Assembly (NCBI GenBank): GCA_002633005.1
Contig: NMRA01000360.1
Coordinates: 61,854-125,853, forward strand
Direction: 5' to 3'
From: Phoronis australis
Lineage: Eukaryota > Animalia > Phoronida
DNA: 64,000 bases
The notes below the pieces were generated by a model that worked only from the letters and a program-made list of their open reading frames with translations, searched no databases and was not told the DNA's origin. Both the position numbers and the translations under genes were made by a program. Shown one piece after another: positions 24,101 through 37,376 of this stretch (position 1 is its first letter; the number at the start of each line of letters is the position of its first letter).

Positions 24101-25600
24101 GGAGCCATGGAAGAGGCATCCTGGAAAAGAAACCGAGACAATTTATCGGCAATGAAATTAATTTTGCCAGGAATGTGTTTGGCTTTGAAATGGATATTAT
24201 GATAGAGGGTAGAGAGGACGAGGCGTCAGACAAGGCGCATAATGTCAGGGTCCTTAGAGGAAGTTTTATTGATGATATCCACCACTGAACGTTGTCGCAC
24301 ATGAAAAGAATGCGATGGTTAGCAAGTTTAGGGTCCCAAATGTCTAAGGCAAGAACGATGGGGAAGAGCTCCTTGAACGTGATGTGAAAATGAGAGATGG
24401 AGGAGGGCCAAGGGCCTGAAAACCAATTAGACCCGCAAACCGCGGCGAATCCCCCGTGGACCGAGGCCGAGTCAGTGTAGAGTTTGAGAGAATGTGATGA
24501 GGTCCAATGCTCGAAAAGGAACATGGATTTGCCGATGAAGGAGTTGAGAAATGTAAGCCAAGCGCGAATGTCAGCACGGGATTCTTTGGTGAGAGTGACG
24601 TGATGATGAGGCTGAGATATGCCCAGCGTGAGATCAATGAGGCGACGGAGGAAGGCTCGACCGGGAATGATGACAAGGCAAGCAAAACTGAGGAAACCAA
24701 TGAGAGACTGGAGGTCACGTAGTAAGACGGACCTTTTATGTTGGAAGGACCGGGGGAGATGTATTGCTTGGTGAGTTTTTCCTGGGGAAGGGAAGCCGCC
24801 ATAACTTTAGAGTCGAGATGAATGCCGTAGATAGTGATGGAGGTCGTTGGAAGAACGGTCTTTTGGTGATTGATGGGAACACCAATTTCCTCACAGAAGG
24901 TGCGAAAGGTGCGGAGATATGAAGAACATAAGGGGAAATTAGGGGGGCCGACAAAAAAGAAGTCGTCAAGCAGCTGAGACAGCCCTGGGACATTGAGTTT
25001 ATTTTGAAGGATACATTGGAAGGATGAGCTGATGAGTTCGAACATGTTGCATGAGGAAGAAAGACCAAAGGGGAGACAACGGTCGAAATAATATTGACCG
25101 GCCCAAACAAACCCAAGGAAACAATAGTCAGAAGGGTGTATGGGAACAATACGGAAAGCATCCAGTATGTCCATTTGAGCCATGAGAGAATTGTGGCCGG
25201 AGCGGCGGACCAGAAACATGGCGTTTTCAATGATTTGGTAGTGAACCTGGGAAAAGGATAAGTGAATGTTTGAATTAACGGAATCGGAATCCCTAGATGG
25301 GTATGAAAGGTTAAGGATGAGGTGAAATTTACCCAAGTCTTTTTTAGGTATGAGCCCGAAAGGAGAAGTGATGAAATTGCCGAATGGAGGGTACTGGTGG
25401 TGTCTGGACTAGCGGCCACAGTCAACCTGGTGCTGTATTTTGTGTTCAGTCACAGCAGAGTTGAGGACCTCTGAGGGGTGGTTATGAGGAGGTGGTGAGG
25501 ACAACATGGAGGGAACGCCGATACGGAAACCATAAGTGAAACCGTGAATGATGCGAACGGTAAGGGCGGATGGGTAATCAATGAGATATGGTTCAATTTT
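24100..25600 (-). pseudogene. Reverse transcriptase / RNase H of the YR retrotransposon (frameshifted)
   Basis: GKFHLILNLSYP, MAQMDILDAFRIVPIHP, YYFDRCLPFGLSSSCNMF, LLDDFFFV, GVPINHQKT. RNase H: LYTDSAS..GFAA, HITFKELFPIVLAL, ILFMCDN. Confidence 0.9.
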
Positions 25601-26670
25601 TTTTTATTTTTAGGGGTGTTGGAAGGTCGGGTGGCGGTGGAGGAGGTTTGTGTTGGGAGTTGAGGATGGGATGAGATAGGGCACGCAGAGGCGGGTGGAA
25701 GCTGGTGCAAGTGGTACAGCGGTGTAGGTAACGACAGTGCTGTAGAGGGCAGAATGAGTTGAACCGCCGGCAGAAACTGCTGGGTTGGGAGGCGGATGAA
25801 CGTGGTTGGAGAAATTGGGGACGAAAGGACTGAGTGCGCGAGTAGTTAGTACGGAAGGAATTCGGGTAGTTAGAGGGAGATGAAATTTTGTGAGATTGGA
25901 GGATAACCTGATTCCAGAGTTCCATATTGGTGGTTTCCCAAGAAACAGGGGTAGTTGAGCGAAGTTGGCGAAACTGTTGATCATAGAACATGGCGGGAAC
26001 AAAACCGAAATGGTGATTGATGGAGAGTATGGTGTGACAAAATTTTGCGAGATGAGGTGCTTGTTGTGGGTGACGGCTGGTGTAAATGGCTAAACAGATG
26101 AGGAATGCTTGGTTCCACTGAAACATAATGTTGATGGAGCGAGATTTGGGAGTAGGTGAAAAAAAACTGGTTGATGGTTAACAATGGAGAGCTGCAGTTG
26201 AGGGGATGAAACCGGTGACTAAAATCTACGTATTGGTCTGTCCATATGAGGTTTTTGGTTTTGGCGTCCAAGTTGAAGCCCGAAGCCAGAGATGTATGTA
26301 CGGAGGCGTCAAGGTTACCTGCAACGGGTGGCATATGGTGTTCCAATGCTGGGTGCGTATCCGTAGCCACTGAAGATGTGGGCGGTGAGGTAGAGATGAG
26401 CACGGTTGGTGTAAGCGTAGGCTGGTGAACAGCAGAAGGAGTCGCCGTGTCATTGGTAGCGAGCTGGGTTGCGGCCTCCAAAGTGCAAGGTGGATCGTTG
26501 GCGAGTAAATCCCGTAGGACATCGCGAAGGGTAGAATTGGCCCGTAGTTGTGCGAGGAGGTCCGAAGTTAGAGATGAAGTGGACGACGGCGGGTGTACGG
26601 GTGGCTCTTGGTGAGATGGTCGGCGAGTCTGGTATGGCGAAGCAGTTTTACGAGTTGATTGTCGTGGCAT
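25593..26670 (-). pseudogene. gag of the YR retrotransposon (frameshifted)
   Basis: MPRQSTRK start at 26670; KTKNLIWTDQYVDF; QWNQAFLICLAIY...FYDQQFRQLR...SWETTNMELW; Cys/His finger FCRRFNSFCPLQHCRYLHRCTTC. These are DIRS-type gag motifs split across two frames. Confidence 0.8.
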
Positions 26671-27001
26671 GCTGAAAAGGAAGACTAAAGGGAGCAGAAA
26701 TGGAACAATGAAGCAAGAGGCCAGAAAATTAATGGCTGGGCCAAGCGATAAAGAGAAGAAATTGAAGAGTTGAAATAAAAATGGAATGTCGCTGAACATT
26801 AATAAATGAGGATTGAATAAGAGAAAACTGAATGGTCGAACCCATTTGAAACGGGGACCTATGAATCAACTGGCAAAAGTAAATGTAACTGTAAGAGAAA
26901 GTAAGCACACAAGGTGCACTTAAACTGAGTAATAAGCTTATGTCAATTAGATCTGTTGTACCCGCATTCAACGGGAACAATGAATAGCATGAAAAGGAAT
27001 G

Positions 27002-27250
27002 GTAAACTGAAGTAATTAGCACCCAAGGTGTTACCAGATACAGTAGTCTAAGTGAGGACCATTGATGAAGTGTAAACTGAAGTAAACACCCAAGGTGTTA
27101 CCAGATAGACTGGTCCGAATGGCCGGACCAAGCCGTATGAAGAGTAAACTGAAGTAGGTACCCAAGGTGCTACCAGATAGAGTAGTCCGTGTAGGGGACC
27201 ACTGCATTGACGTAGTAAACTGAAGTAAACACCCATTGTGTTACTAGACA
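27002..27250. repeat. Array of four ~36-bp conserved repeats (GTAAACTGAAGTAaacACCCAAGGTGTTACCAGATA) separated by 31-36-bp more variable hairpin-containing segments
   Basis: Repeat starts at 27002, 27072, 27144 and 27215; period 70-72 bp. Lies upstream of gag within the YR retrotransposon. Confidence 0.9.
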
Positions 27251-27947
27251 GATTCATACCTGAAAGTAGTAACGAATAATATGATTAATGAAAGACGGGG
27301 ACGTGAAAGGGGACCGAGGAATGGGGCAGTAAGATAATTACGTGCATACTAAAATTATACAAGGAAGTGAATGGGGGTATGAGGTAAGGGACCCAGGCGG
27401 CGGAGGTGATGTCCGAAAGCGAAGCGGACACTGAGAGCTTGCTTGAGGATGCCTGATGGGTTAAAGTGGATGAGGTCAGGGCGGTAAATGTGTAAAGCGT
27501 CTTTCAAGAACCCGCATCTATGGGTCCAAAGGAAGACTGTGGGATGGTCGGTGAGGAGGTGTTTGAGGTGGAAGAAGTAGGAACCCTAAATTGGCCGAAA
27601 ATTCGGCAATGGCTGGGGTTAAATGGCGAACAGAACGAGAGCCAGGGGCGAGTGTCACCCGGACAACCCTAAGGAGTTGACGGATTGGTCAGACCATGGT
27701 CGGTCGCCGCAGGCGAATTAAGGTAGGCGTCCAGCCAACGCACGTAAGAACTGCCCAAAATCAAACAACTAGGTGGCATGTTTAGTATACAACAAATCAG
27801 GAAACAATTACGATACCTTGTTGAGGTGGAGAGACGGAGAGCGTTGAAACTTCAAAGAGAAAATGACTTAAAACTCGAAAATTGGAGAGGATTATGGACG
27901 ATGGCCCAGTGTTGTGACAAGACAAAGAGATCACGTGGTACAATTAA

Positions 27948-29455
27948 AGGAGCATGCCACCCAAAAAACAACCTAATTTGTATCAATTTAGATAGAGTAG
28001 TTCTACTCCATAACGACCCGTACAGTTGCGTTACCTGACACCTGTCGGCAGACGGAGGTGTTGAATTTATCCAATAACGTAATCGGTTTCACACGCAGTC
28101 TGTTCAGCAGTTCACAACACGGGTTAATGGTGTCAGTTTATCGCTTGAACTCATCGTTTAACACCAATAAATCATCAAACTTCGATGTAAAACCTTTAAA
28201 ACCACACCGAGTTGTGTTGTTTAGACTTGTGATTTTTTGAGTTCTAAACACAAAACGTTTGTTACCATGTCCAGTGGCTCGGAGCCCGATCAGGCCCGTC
28301 GCGGCCGGCCGGATTGACTCGTTATCCCGGCCAGTTCCTCGGAAACTGATGAGACATCACGAACATAAACCAGCCAAAGTTCAGTGGAAACTAAACTTCC
28401 AGTCAAGAAAATACTATACTAGTGAGCCAAAGTAATGTGCACGTGAATATGTTGGTGAATTAGCCACGAAACTGCAAATCTACTTACTCGTCGGGGGCCG
28501 CGAATTCAGGTTCCGCTTTGGCCACTGCACAGTCAGGGCAGATGTTGTACATTGACAATCATTATTTGAGTAATGTAAAAGTAAATAAAGATTCCCCTAA
28601 CTCCTGGCCGTGGGATGGAAATCGAGTTGTTTCACAACAGTTTCTGCCAGCAAACACTAAATTAACATGAGCTCACACGGCCTCGGTGTCCCGTCAATTA
28701 GTTTTATTGCACCTAAAGCCGGTAATGCAGTGATTTATTCATTGCTGGTTTCTCAAATCATTTGCTCTCACGAAAACTCCAAAGGCATTACAAATTGCAT
28801 CTAATGAGACAGACTTTGTTTCAGATTTATATAAGTATTGGTTAGGGTGAGAATAATTCATTTTGAAACAGAACGCTCAGTAATAAACGTCAACATGGCA
28901 ACTCGCCATCCCGACTTAGGACGAGCTAGAGCTCATCAGTCCCGACTTCGCAGGTGGATCGTTAAATTTTACAGGCTATCAATTCGAACAGGAATACAGT
29001 GATGAAGAAATACTAGAGAGGCGCCGTGAACAAGCTCAGACAACGGAACGTATGGAGTTATTTGGTAAGCCGGCATTCGTGAGGCACTGTCGACGTCTGC
29101 AGGCCAAAGACACGGAGATGTTTCACAGCCTCATACTTGCTATTTACAGCGTACATTTCATTCTTCACTACCATGAGCCACGTCCTAAGCATTTCGGACT
29201 CTCGAGGAAGTAAAAAAAAACCATGTACCCGCTTTCCTCGCTGCTACTTAGTTCGGACAAGCGGGAACGATGCACTGCAACATAGCGGCATTCACTCTGC
29301 ATATGAACCACTGACGTCGCTAGCGTAGTTTCTCATCTTCCTCACAGGTTAACGCGACACCTCTTGACAAGGTAAGGTCGACCGTATGCGAGGCGATGTG
29401 GATATAGACCGATTAAGACGGCAAAAACACTAATCAAATCGGGTGGCATTCTCCT
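27948..29455 (-). mobile_element. Kolobok-type non-autonomous element with both ends (copy 3)
   Basis: TTAA|AGGAGCATGCCACCC ... GGGTGGCATTCTCCT|GTAA. Convergent ORF remnants: KolX-like from 28895 (+; GYQFEQEYSDEEILERRRE) and THAP from 29283 (-; MLQCIVPACPN...FPRESEMLRTWL). Confidence 0.85.
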
Positions 29456-31644
29456 GTAAACCAATAGTCGTAGAACAAAGGGGGTCACTGACCCGAGAAT
29501 CCAAACAATATGATAATGAGGACAAAGCAGTATAGCTTACATAAAATAATTTAATACTTAAATAATATTTATGTTAACGAAGAAGTATGTTCGGGCAGAG
29601 ATGTCTACTGCAGTATGGCCGGGTTATTTACGGTTACTTGGGTCTTGCTCGCAGCGGACAATGCAGTCATCACAACTGCGTCTGATTCTGGTGCCGAGCT
29701 CAGCATATCTTTAGAAATGCGTGTTTTCATTGTAAGCGGTTTATTCTTGGTTCAGCCATACATACGTGCAATCACCAAATACTTTTTTGTGAACTTGAAG
29801 GAAGTTATTTGCACAGTGATAAGAGTTTGTATGTTATTAATAAGGTCACACTTTGTCTATAAATTTCCAACTCTGGCTGCGCACCATTTTATACGAATCC
29901 TGCTCATAAATTTGCCTCAAATCAGATTGCTGGATCGTTACTTTATGAGGATGGTGAGCTTGCATATTGGATTTCCTGTTTCGGTGGGGATTTCTCTGAC
30001 GATCAGTCGAGTGATGAGCGCTGCATGGAAAGTTGTTCAGTAAGTTGACTTTCAGCATTGCCTTTATAGTGACCAGTTTAGTTGTCACTGCCTAATTTGA
30101 ACCGCGATTTTACAGATTGTAATAAACCCTCGAGTGCTGACCTTGTACTAATCGTTCACTCTTCTCAAAACGCTGATAGGAATTGTTTTTAAAATGTCCT
30201 ACTTTCGCACAAGGGGTTATAAGATAAGACTTTTTTGTTTTTTTATGAAAAAGTTGCATAAAATTAAAATAACAGGACATTTTGGAAAACTACCTGAGTG
30301 TTTGAGGTTGCTGTGCCTACTTTTATGAGGCCGTATGTATAATAGGAATTAAGCTTTACAGCGGTTATGAGATTAAACTTCTCCAGCAGGCAGACGATAC
30401 TATCCTCTTTTGAGGCGGCTCTAATGACTCTTTGATACATTCTTTGAATATTTTAGATCAGTTCAGAATCGTTTATGCCTGAAGCCGAATGTAGAAAAAT
30501 CATTGTTTGGGAACAGGGAAGGATGTGAGCCTCGCTATATTCCCGCTTAGCTAAAAACAGTTAGCAATATTAGAAGTGATTCCTAGAGCAGTTATTACCG
30601 AAATTGCTAATCATAATCACTATTAAAACATTAAAGAGGTCTTTAAGGATTTATTGTCCTGTTTATAGAGTTCCCACGTTAGTCCTTTCTAAACATCTGC
30701 ATATATTCATATCGTTGCCATCACCTCCTCTGGAAGGTAATGATTGCTGGAGCGTAGATGTTACAAATTTATGTGACATGGCAAACAATATAAAATTAGT
30801 AGAACCAATATAATTTGACGTTGATTGACGTTAAATCTTTTATAAAGTCCTTAAATGTTTGTGGTTTGCGAGGCTTTCTGTTTGTGTGCAGTGCATACCA
30901 AGATCTTCGGGTAAAATATTAAACATGGTCGCTTTTTTCATTCTCCCACATTATTTAAATTTGAATGAGAACTCCTGATATTTCACTTCCATATCCCCAT
31001 AAAATCTCAAAAACACGATTGCATTCATGGAAAAATAGAAAAATCTATAACAAATTTCATCCAAGACTAAGAATAATTTCGTTTCGTGACTGCTGAACGC
31101 CTGTGCCGTTTATTCAATGTCGTTATTCCACCTTCCAGACAGTGACCTACTTCAAGAAAGCAAAGAATTATTGTCTTCCTTACATACCCTACTTTCATTA
31201 CCTGTTTCTTCTTTTGTACAAAGCATAAAGGAGCAAGAGTTGAATGAACGATCAAAAGAAGAAAGGTACAGCAAACTGTGATGCAATACCTTTCAAATTG
31301 ATTGAAGAAAAAAGACGCGACAAAAGTGTAGTATTTTCGTGAGTGCATAGTATGAATATTTACGAGCCTCAGGGTACAATCGAAAGGCGAATAGAAGCTT
31401 ATAACCATAGGAACTTGCATCACTTTTCAATTCATGGAAGGTGATGATTCTAAGTCAAGCACAAGGGGTAACATGTAAAGATTTTCAACACATTTTACAT
31501 CAAGATGAAAGGCGCAACACCTTTCCAGTTTCTGAAAAAAGGTTGTATTTTTGTATGGGAAGGATAAAAATCCGAACTTGAAATTCTGTTTCAGTCAATG
31601 ACAGGTGAAAGACAGTCACATCTATTCAAAAATTAAATTCTGTG

Positions 31645-32122
31645 CAGTACCAAAAATATACTCAAAACCAGGACGTCAGGACCGAAAAATTATCACGCCA
31701 GGACACAAAATTTATTACGTCAGGAAAATTTCACGTCAGAAAAATTTCATGCCATAAGCCCACGTGACCGTCTACAAGCCCGTGACCCATCAAAGAGATG
31801 ATGTAATAGGTACACAATGTCTCCCCGAAGATGGTCACATTACCGTGACAATTAGGTTGAATTTCTGTCGTCTCTTCCACGTTTTACAACAGAGGCCACA
31901 CTTGGACACACTAGACTTGAATATGACTGAGTATTAAAGAGACACAGCGGATCGTCATTGTCACGTGGTCTCCTGGCATGAAATTTTCTCCTGGCAAGAA
32001 ATTTTCTACGTCGTGGCGTGATAAGTTTTTGGTCTTGACGTGTTAAATTATTTTCATTCTGACGTGATAAATTATAGGTTCTGGCGCGATAAATTTTGGT
32101 TTTGAGAGTATTTTTGGTCCTG
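31645..32122. mobile_element. MITE with long imperfect terminal inverted repeats
   Basis: cagtaccaaaaatatactcaaaacc ... ggttttgagagtatttttggtcctg, with repeated (C)ACGTCAGGA / TCTGACGTG subterminal motifs in mirror orientation. Confidence 0.75.
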
Positions 32123-35095
32123 AAAAGAATGATATTCAGGAAAACTTTTATGAATTAAAAGCTTTAAATCCTAATAAAAATGCCTCTTAAGATAGTACTA
32201 TAATGCGCTTGTGCAATACTTACAGACTAAATGGCCTGGTACGCTATTTTTGCTGTTCTATGATGTCAAACCTGCACATGCGCAAGATCGCCCGGGTTAC
32301 ACTATTTCACGAGTACAGTATTTCACGCATTACCGGTTAACCCGGGGCGGCGTACCATAGGGGGCTGGGGGGCTATAAGCCCCCCACTTTCTTTCAGTGC
32401 TACGCCGCACATGGTCTATACGCGGTCCACCACAGGGGGGGGGGGGCTGAGGGGGCTTTAACCCCCCCACTTTTTTCAGTGCTGCACCGCCCATCTAACC
32501 GGCCAATAGCGGAGTTGCAACCGAATCGATTTAACGATTGCGCATGTCCGGAAATTAGGGTGCGCAAAGGCTATTGGGATTGATAAGGGTAACTGGAATG
32601 GCCGATTGGTTTGCATGACGTGTGATTTGTGTGCATTAAACTACGCTGCTGTATGCAATTCTGCCGCTATTCGCCTTAATAAACGCCCATGCCCCAACAA
32701 GTGCCCCAACGTGTTATCAGACTTTGCTAAAGTAAGCGCCCAGCCCATGAACTACATGCGAAAAATGCCCTTACCTACAGTTCTAACGTCTCCAATTTAT
32801 CAATTGAAAGATCCGACAGTCCTGAATTTGTAGACCACGAGCCTCACCGTTATGTCCGTATACCAAACTTACGCCGCGATTCAAAAAGAACGCAGAAGTT
32901 TTACTGCTCTTGCGAGGGATGTTCCCCACTACGCTGGTGTGGACTTTGAAAAGAGATGCAGCGTACTTGTCAGCGGCTTTGCATTGTTTCTTTCCGGTAC
33001 AGATCTTCTCCGGTCTCAACAGGAATCCAAACTTCTTTGTACACTTGAAAACCGTGAATCGAAGACTAATAAAAAAAATCGACCAGTGTTAGCACGCGGC
33101 CAAGAAGCGCGCGCTGCATAATGTACCGGCTGTCGTCGAAGACATTTAGTCGGGAACTATCTATTCATGAAACGGGTAACATAGCATCGGCAAATAAATA
33201 TTGGCACTAATTTCCGAAAGTTTCTAATACCGTAAAAAACTTTTGCATTTTTTGAAGAGAAATTACTTAACTAATCGTAATTGGTGTTTTTAAGGTCAAA
33301 ATGACCCACTTCGCACCCTTACCCCCCAAATCTTCCGGAAAATAGCTGTTACACTACGGTCACGCATCCACTCAATGAGTGACATATCGGTCTTACCGAA
33401 AAAAATTCTCGAACGTTTTTTAGCAGATGAGGCCAGCAAGTGCTAAGCTAAATATTAAAACACGCTCTTCAGTCTGCTTGACTGCTTGACTTAATTTCTT
33501 TGGATACAATGCACACCTAGATCATTACATTACTCTGACAAATGAACTCTGATGACAAGCACACGCACGCTTACTGTCACACACGCGCATACAAATTTCA
33601 AAACAAACGTCACGTGACAACAACTTGCGTGTTCCTCCAGAGATTTTTATCGTGTTGCGGTCTACAATCTAGCGCAGATTTGGACTTATCCAGACTCCAC
33701 AAGAGCTTAAAAATCTTAGAGACGCTATTTGGAAAACTTGAGGAGGATTTCAGGTAATTTGTTGATTCGAAGCTGTATTCTTATTCAAGAATTCAAGCCC
33801 TATCGACGATTGCGACCTGCAGCTACGCATTTGTCGTCAAGATTTCGCCCTGGGACTTCAACACAATTTTATGAAAAATGATCGTAATTTAACAACGAAT
33901 TTTGATAGCAATGCACCACAATTTTGTAGAAAGTAAATAATAATATTCTGCACGCTTTATCCTAGCGTGTAATATACACCGGTGACCTAAAGTCGTGAAT
34001 ATAAGCATAATAAGTGCCGATTGTCATACTACCCAATGTCCGTTACCAACTGCTCATGTGATGTCATGGACATATGTCTTCACAAATATACGTGTTTTGA
34101 CAATCTTAATCCTTGTTTGTCTCCGTAAGCAGAGTTTTGAAACGGTCGCTGATATCGGCGGCCATTTTGAATGAGGCCCTAAAGTCGTGACCGTTTCGGT
34201 TAGACGGAAATACACGAAGTAAGACCTCACAAGTCAACTACAGAGCGTACAGTTACTCTAGATGACACAAAAATGCATTGCATTGTTTATTAATTCAGTT
34301 TCAATTGAAATAAATTGTTATAAGTTTTGCACCCAACTTTGATGTGCACAGACGTTTTCAATGAGGTTGTTCACGTAAAACGCTTGTATTTTCGAAAATA
34401 TTTATCGTTCAGATTTACTCAAACACGCGCTCCAGTAGCTTGAACAATGTATCAAAATGTCCCAGGGTTGATCAAGTTTTGTAAGGCCAACACGATAAAA
34501 TACAGAGCGACAATTGATGCTTGCGCAAAATCAAGTATTGAAATGTGTGGGAGACACGTTTAAAAACTTCACCAGCTTCGTCCTGTGCTGGTTCACTACA
34601 GCTAATGTGCTATCAATTCGTCCTGTGCTGGTTCACAACTGACAGTTGCGACATGCAGAAACTGAATGTTCAAAGAGCAATAAAATCAACTAATATCCAG
34701 CCGGAAGTGTGTTATTAAGTGTGTTTTACCCATTTCTCTTCCTCTCAGGCTTTAATGGAAATCAGCAAGGCGCCACTGACTGCAGTTGATAGACTTAATC
34801 GAGAACCAACCAGATGTCTTAGCCGGTTGATTCGGCGGAACTGGCGAAGTCAAGCAATTGCAGCCTGTGTAATTAAGCATTTTCTAGTAAAGATATGAAC
34901 CTTTATCACAGACTGTACCCCGTGCTCCAAACAGGAAGATCTCATCCATATCATATGCATAACGCTGTCATCCCCAGGTATCGTCACGAAGACAACGGTA
35001 TACAAATACCTTCACCCTGGCCTACATGTCAGTTCGACCTAGGCTGTTTAAACGGCCTTCTATCATTCAAAACATTTACTTTCAGCTTTCAATGG

Positions 35096-37376
35096 CAGGG
35101 CTCGACATAACAAGCTGCAGGTCGTATTTTCCACCTGAAATTTGGAAATGCGAGCTGAGATTTTTGCCAGCTCGTATCAAGTCGCAAAATGCGACCTAGA
35201 ATTTCCAACGTATGCGAGCTGAGATTTTACACTTCTCGCCAGATACAAGGCAAATATAAAGCAACTCGCGTGAATTCGACCGTTATTTGGTTGTTGTCAA
35301 ATCAAGTTTAAAAGAGCACTAACCGAGAAAAGCCCTCCCGATGACTTGTAAGGATGTCCGTGAACATGGGATAATGCTGAATCGATCTTTGATGCGTTTC
35401 ATTGGCTAACGTCTTCGGCTACTTTTGCAAACATCCGGATGTGCCGAAGAAAGTTTCGGACCACGGCATAACGCGTGATAAAACGTCTCGAGACAGCGGT
35501 GTTTCTACTAATTCTTAGACGATCAACTTACCAAACTTTGTGGTGGAAAAGCATATTAATTTTATTTTTTACGTAATATATCCTTCTTATCAAGTATCCG
35601 TGACGAAATCCCTGCGGCACTGTTCGGTCCCGTTGTTAGCGCACAAGCCTCAGTGCCGCCAGATGACCGCGGCCTGGAAATTTGCGTTTCGTTTTTTATC
35701 GCAAAAGACAGCAAACTTGAAAATGACAAACCTACTAATAGCCAAACGACGAGTGGATAGAATTTTATACGTGTATGAAAATGAATTATTTACATTCGTA
35801 ATTATATCATTGTAATCTTAACATCAGTTTTTTTATTTATGTATTCGTGTATTTAATTGTATATAGACTTCTTTGTATTTTTTAACCCAGATCTAATGAC
35901 TCTTGGCGCTTTCTGGGTTATGTATATTCATTGTAATCTGAAGATTGCGTATTAAACATTAAAAAAACCTACTAATAGCCAAACGACGGCCACGTATTAC
36001 TTTCAGCAAAGTAGTTTTTGAGTCGCCAAGAAATTCTCAAACCCTTTACTTGTTTCTGGGGCTACGTGCGCGACAGACGAGTCGTCAGTCTCATGGCCAA
36101 CGTAAAGTGTAGGCTTACTCCAGCGATTCAAGTGCGTGAACTGACATGAGCGCACCACGAGCCCCCCAACTTGGCGAATTGGGCAAAAAAGGTCCGCCTC
36201 AGTGAAACAAGAAGTCCGAATAAACGAGACAAAAGTCCACAAAATCCACGGAAAGTCGGCGCGGATGCACGGTTCGTGGGCCTGAACTTGGTGGTCCCGT
36301 TTTTTTAGTCCTTGTTGATTTCTGTCAGTAAAAGGTCCGCATATCGAAAAGTTCGAGCCCCCTATATTTTAGGCTGGGTGCGCGCATGTATCATTTCGTA
36401 CTATTGGAGTCTTTCATTATCATATTACCGCAAACACTCAGTTCAACGAATGTGCTCACGTATGCGCCTACTCCCTATTTTTGAAGTGTTTCATAATAAG
36501 CGCTCAATGCTCTATTTACCAAGAGTTCCCCCTCAACTTTTGAGAATTTCCAATTAAGCGCTCACAGTTCAGGCTAGCGCCCATCATAGTTCACTAAAAA
36601 CGACCGCACATGGTTTGAAATTGACACGCAGCCTATATAGTGAGTCACTCTCATTTTACACAACAACAAATTCAGTTTTCACAGAAAACGTCTTTTCTCA
36701 ATTTGTAAAAAACAAAACCGGATTCGGGAATTATTTCGAGGTTTTTCATTTCATGGAAAACTAATTGTTGAATACTTAAACAGCATAACTCCAACATTTT
36801 TGTTGTGAAATTTGCACTGATTTGTACCCAGGCATCTGTTTACGTCATTCGGCTAGGGCAAAGTTTTACGGATTTTTTCAAGAGGATGTCTTTCAAACGT
36901 AGAGTTAAGTTGCAAAGTTTAGGCTGCGAATAAGAAATGGAGGGAGTTTGCACTCAAAGTTAGTTGGGATCATTAACGGCATTAAAGACAGCCATATAGC
37001 AAGGTATTTTTTCAACGAACTTTTTCTCCTTTTGCACATTGCAAACTCAGCCACTCTAATGCACGTGTTAGGGAGCACTGATTCAACTTTCACGTCAGCA
37101 ACAGCCTTTGAATGCCAGTTGTGAAGAACAGTAACGCCATACCTGAGTGTAAGAACTCAATTTTGCGACCTGCAATTTGTGAGTATTATCGCCGCGGGAA
37201 GAGCATAATCTTAACATTTTCTCAATGATCTAAAAGCTATTATGGCGCGTAAAATGGCGGGAAAATTTTGCAACCTAGCATTCATGAATTCGACCTGAAT
37301 TTTGAAAATGTGACCTGGGATTTTGGCTAGATCGCAAAATGCGACTTGGCGGCGATTTTCATAGCATCGAGCCCTG
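35096..37376. mobile_element. hAT-like DNA transposon remnant, about 2.3 kb
   Basis: TIRs CAGGGCTCGA / TCGAGCCCTG. Flanks aatgg / agtgg (possible 5-bp TSD with one mismatch). Clustered subterminal TGCGAC/GTCGCA motifs at both ends. Degenerate HSNA.V.. dimerisation-like motif near 37053. Confidence 0.65.
35728..35988 (+). mobile_element. Short 5'-truncated retroposed insertion (about 213 bp) with 24-bp target-site duplication
   Basis: AAACCTACTAATAGCCAAACGACG at 35728-35751 and 35965-35988. Insert ends in attaaacattaaaa. Confidence 0.8.

Larger units (their letters stand above)
22250..27940 (-). mobile_element. Decayed Ngaro/DIRS-order tyrosine-recombinase retrotransposon (gag, RT-RNase H, YR)
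   Basis: Overlapping frameshifted minus-strand ORFs in the order gag, RT, RNase H, tyrosine recombinase, with no recognisable methyltransferase between RH and YR (Ngaro-like). Coding strand is strongly C/T-rich. Outer boundaries are approximate; terminal repeats were not identified. Confidence 0.9.

Noticed and set aside
23418-26428. Plus-strand ORFs over the retrotransposon
   Set aside because: Antisense shadows of the compositionally biased minus-strand gag/pol/YR sequence.
27002-27250. True CRISPR array
   Set aside because: Eukaryotic context, no cas genes, repeats not identical, and the spacers resemble one another (shared GTCC...GGACCA stem).
28918-28945. CTGATGA plus hairpin (minus strand) as a hammerhead ribozyme; similar motif at about 19678
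   Set aside because: The GAAA half of the core is missing or stem II cannot close.
29615-30088. 142-aa and 80-aa ORFs
   Set aside because: No recognisable motifs or splice structure; at most a very decayed transposon remnant.
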